Source of the DNA: Blastocystis sp. Blastoise
Taxonomy: Eukaryota > Protista > Bigyra: Opalinata
Direction: 5' to 3'
Assembly (NCBI GenBank): GCA_039096225.1
Contig: JBBPEB010000006.1
Location: 310,001 to 374,000, forward strand
Length of the DNA stretch: 64,000 bases
Positions 59,101-64,000 of the stretch are shown here, piece after piece; positions within the stretch are counted from its first letter, which is position 1, and each line of letters begins with the position of its first letter. Below the pieces are notes generated by a model that was not told where the DNA came from, ran no database searches, and worked only from the letters and a program-made list of their open reading frames with translations. The position numbers were made by a program, and so were the translations under genes.

Positions 59101-59687
59101 ATTTAAAATTTTAAGCTTACTTTTACAGTATATTTTTCCTTTTGATGATTTTTAAACGTGTCAACAATATGAATCGCATTAAAAATGATAAGAAAATCAG
59201 TTTTATTCATCAAATGCACTTACTTCGTTGTATTTGACATTTTTATATAATATGGAATATTTCTGTCATTTAAATAGTATCTCATGTGAATGATTCAAAA
59301 ACATATTTACAAAGAACGTTTATACTTCAAAGGTCTTATGATCAAGGTTGAATTATTTGATCACTATAAGCATATTATCATTTTCATCAGACATTTTAAA
59401 GTAGTCAATTTCAGCTTTTAATTATAGTATGCATATTTTGTTATCTCTAATATATTATATACATCCGTCTATTAAGTTAATTATTGTCATAGATAACTAT
59501 AGAAGTCACAAGATAAAAAAGGTGGGAAAAATCTATTTGTTTAAAAATTCTTGGAAATATATTTTTTTGTCTCTTTAAATAAAAATAACTTTTTGAGTTC
59601 AAGTTTCGTGTTACTCTAGTTTAGCGCGGTCTTTTGTTGATTAGTAGCATTTTTTTTTATTTATTACTTTCGCTAAAATTATATCCT

Positions 59688-60903
59688 ATGGAACTTACAA
59701 GAGGTGGTATCACTAGTTTGTTCAATGGCCAAACAAATCTTAAGCCTGTTCTTCAAGTACTTGAAATGCATAAGGTAGTTATCAAACAAGGAAATGAAAG
59801 ATACAAGTATGGTTTTTATCTATTATTCATCATTGCCTCCTTTTTTGTCATTAGAATTGTGGTCTCTGATGGTGATCGTTTGATGCCAGCTATGCTTGTC
59901 ACTTCACTCAATGATGTATACATATATTAATTTATGTATATTATGTGTAGCTATGTTCAAATGGAAGAGTTACTAACTTTTCTATTATTCGTATTGAAGA
60001 ATATACTGTCAATAAAGTCAGTGACAAAAAGTAATTCGCTAAACATTATTTTATAACTTTTCTTTTTAGATTACTCATTGTTCTAAATTTAACTCCTCTT
60101 ACTATTGTCAGTGGAAAAATAGGCAATCCTATGAGCATGGATGGAGTATTTATTATATATCTATTTATAATATTTTATATGTCAAAATATGTTTATATTT
60201 ACTCTTTTTTATTTCTACATTCTATATGTATATATATATATTTATGTATATATATATAGAATGTTGAGCCTGTTGCCCAAGTTGCTCAACCTGCCTCAAT
60301 GTCTTCTTATTCAAACCAACCACAAGTCAATCCTTCTATGGCTCCTAATAATCAATATAATGTCCCTGTTAATAATATGAATCCTTATGGTATCAAATCT
60401 GAACCTATTCTTAATCAACAATTTACTCCTATAAATCAATTAAACCCCTATATGAGTCAAAAATGGATTATCAAAGTATATTCTTATATATATAATATTC
60501 TTATATATATTGTATTAAAAAAAATTTATTATTATATATTGTATTATATATATTTTATATTATTATATATATTGTATTAAATATATTTTATCTATTCTTA
60601 TATATATATATTTGTTCTTATATATATATTTTTGTTCTTATATATATTCTATCTATTCTTATATATATATTCTATATAGGCTCGTGTCACTTCTAAGAGC
60701 GATATACGTCGTTGGAATAACGCTAAAGGGGAGGGATCCTTATTTAGTGTCAATTTACTTGTATATATATATATATAGTTCTTCTTCTTCTTCTTATAGT
60801 TATTATATATATTATATATATTATATATATTATACTTATATTATATTTATTATATTTATTATACTTATTATATATATTATACTTATATTATATATATTAT
60901 ACT

Positions 60904-60942
<39 letters not shown>

Positions 60943-61232
60943 ATGATAGTGGTGCAGAGATTCGTGCTACTTTCTTTAAGGAAGGAGTTGATAAGTATTT
61001 CAGTGTTCTTACTGAGGGAAAAGTATATATATATATCAATTATATATGTTCTTTCTAGAATATATATAGTATTCTATAATTACTTATTATCATATATATA
61101 TATACACTATTATTTATATAGGTATATACATTTTCATTAGGATCTGTTCGTATGGCGAATAAACGTTTTTCAACGCTTAATAACGAATATGATCTGACAT
61201 TCGATGGAAGAAGTATATATAGATATATTAAT

Positions 61233-61269
<37 letters not shown>

Positions 61270-61501
61270 TTATATATATATATATATATAGCTATTGTCC
61301 AAGAAGTTCAGGATGATCATCAGATTTTAACCATAAAATTCAATTTCCTCCCCATCGCAGAACTTCCTTCCCTACCTGCACAGTCCAATGTGGATTGTTT
61401 GGGCATCATACTTGATCACGGTAGTTGTGATGAAATAAGAACAAAAGCTGGAAATTCACTTTTAAAAAGAACTTTAAAAATTAAAGATTCTAGTAATAAG
61501 G

Positions 61502-61554
<53 letters not shown>

Positions 61555-63142
61555 AGATTAATGTGACTATATTTGGGGATAAGGCTAAAGTACCTGATGA
61601 TTCATTTGCTGTTGATACTCCTATATGCTTTAAGGTATATATATATATACAAATATATATACATTTTCTATATAATAATATAATCATATAATTGTATTAA
61701 TAGTATTTTCTATATACTATTATACTTATAAAAATATTACTTTTTTCAATAATTATATATATTTCTAACTATCATATTCTTATATATATCTATATATAGG
61801 GAGTTAAAACTAGTGAATATGGTGGTTGCTCTCTCACGTGCTCTTTCAGTACCGAATTCTATACGAACATGGATCTTCCTGAAGTACAAAGTCTTGTTAA
61901 TTGGTATATATATATATATTTATTTTACTATATATTCATCTATATTATAGTTTATTCTATATATTTATATATATTTATTGTTTTATTATTTTTCTTATTT
62001 CCCTCTCTTATTTCCCTCCATTAGGTATGCTACTGAAGGTCGCGGTATGGTGGGGGACTCCCTCTCGTCTCAGCGCGCTTCTAGTGGCGGCAACGACATC
62101 TATAATATTAAACAAAGAGCTGATCTTGCAGATATTATTGTATACGATTATTATTATTATTTATTTATTATTCTATTTATTCTATTTATTATTATATTTA
62201 TTCTATTTATTATTCTATTTATTCTATTTATTATTATATTTATTCTATTTACTACTTTATATATTCAATTAATAAATTCTCTTATTAATTATTATGTCTC
62301 TATATACCAATTCTATATAGAATAAGAACCTAGGTCACGGTGACACTCCTGACTTCATTACTGTTCGTGGCACCATCGCTTTCTTTAAAGTAGATTCAAC
62401 CATGTGGTATCCATCATGTCCTAAGTACATATATAATGCTATTATTGTTATTATTATTATACTTATTATTATTATTATTATTATTATTAATTTTTTTTTT
62501 TTTTTTTCTTTATTATTATTATTATTATTATATTTGTTATATTTATTATACTTATACTTATGATGAATATGTTTATATATAATATTAATTATATAGTTTA
62601 CTCTCTATATATATAGTACTTTAGAGAATGGTAAGTTATGTCAAAAGAAGTTGATCGAAGAACCAGGAGTAGGATGGAGATGTGAACGATGTGAAAGGTA
62701 TATATATATATATTTATATATACTACTATATATATATATATATATATATGCTACTATATATTTATTATTATGATATTATTTACATATTCTATTTCTTTAT
62801 TTATATATATAATCTATCCTCTATGTATATTTTATATTCTGAATGTATACATACTTATATATATATATAGAACTTATCCAAGTCCAGAATACCGTTATGT
62901 ATTCTCCAGTAGAGTCAGTGACGCGTCCTCCGCCTATTGGGTCACCTTCTTTAATGACCAAGGCAACGTCATCTTTGGTCGTCCCGCGGGGGAAATGATG
63001 CAGTTACAACAAACAAATCCTGATGAGTTTGGACGTGCTGTTCAAAGTAAATTATTTACTGAATATATAATGAAACTAAGAGTTAAGGTATGTATATATA
63101 TAGATAGATATATAGATTATTATATTGTTAATACATTATATA

Positions 63143-63173
<31 letters not shown>

Positions 63174-63243
63174 GGCTGATATGAGTAATGGTAATGAATA
63201 TCTTCGTGCAGCCTGCTCTGCTATCTATCCTGTCGATTACTTA

Positions 63244-63279
<36 letters not shown>

Positions 63280-63358
63280 TTTATAATATTATATATTTAA
63301 TATATTCTATATATAGGAATCAAAAGGTCTTATTGAATTTATTGATTCCTTTGAATAA
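59688..63358 (+). CDS. RPA1: Replication protein A 70-kDa subunit; 16 GT-AG introns
   Basis: LTRGGI...PVLQV, VSDG, PINQLNPY...WIIKARVTSKSDIRRWNNAKGEG, EIRATFF, WYPSCP...CQKK...WRCERC, YRYVF...WVTFFND. Confidence 0.97.
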
Positions 63359-63645
63359 ATAATTCGTTCATTTTGTATTTCAATACTCTATTTAATACAT
63401 TATATTACTTCTTTTGGTTATTTATTTTCATTTTTTCTTTTGAATAACCATATATATATAATGACATTTATGATATTCTTAGAGTGTTTTGTTATGAATC
63501 ATACGTCTCTTGGATTCTTATTTATTAGATTATCTAGTCATACATATAATTTTTAAAAATCAACAAATAACAACTATTCATATATTTTTTTATTGATGTC
63601 AATACAAATATTAATATATTCTTATAATAAAATATAATCCTGGAT

Positions 63646-64000
63646 TTAATCTTTTTTAATCAAAATGTCTGTAAATTCGTTATTTCCATTCGATAATTCT
63701 AATCCATGCTCATTAGCCAAGTAAATATATATTAAGGAAATTATAGAATAATAATTGAATAATAATAGAATAATAAATAGAATAATAAATAGAATAATGA
63801 TATAATAATAATAATAGAATAATAATAATAATAATAAATAGAATAATAATAATAATAATAAATAGAATAATAATAATAATAATACATAGAATAATAAATA
63901 TTATAATAAATAGAATAATACTCTATAAAGAATAATTAAAAATGAATGGATATATGCAAAAGGCAAATGAAATAATATGGAGCCGTTACTTCTTTGTCCA
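63646..64000 (-). CDS. NCAPH: Condensin I kleisin CAP-H/Barren/Brn1, 3' end only, with a U12-type AT-AC intron (63721-63953)
   Basis: Splicing gives YYFICLLH|LANEHGLEL...TDILIKKD*, the conserved barren C-terminal LLHLANE motif. Confidence 0.9.

Overview
Very AT-rich (roughly 20% GC by eye), gene-dense, intron-rich eukaryotic nuclear DNA. The gene content and intron style suggest a Blastocystis-like gut stramenopile, but this is inference. I reconstructed about 23 protein genes by hand (about 145 introns): Bin3/MePCE, a membrane-anchored cold-shock protein, primase small subunit, RPS14, RPS9, an OFA-type MFS transporter, a vigilin-like KH protein, V-ATPase C, an SMS/IPC-synthase-like protein, CENP-C, two GT23-like fucosyltransferases, a PI3K p101-like protein, CNOT9, RRP8, a NOA1/YqeH GTPase, RPA1, the 3' end of condensin CAP-H, and several unknowns. 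There is also an intron-containing tRNA-Tyr and a hAT-type MITE. The most striking signal is the splicing system. About 8 introns (~5%) restore the conserved protein only with non-GT/GC-AG ends (GT-CT, GC-AA, GG-AC, GT-TG, GT-AA, AT-AG, and one intron with no AG), including all three RPS9 introns. Some introns are pure G(TA)nG microsatellites, and U12-type introns are also present. Two other notable signals are a GC-rich palindrome CCGCGG iterated inside exons regardless of frame, and a ~200-nt Y-shaped fold-back with tandem GA mismatches in an intergenic region.
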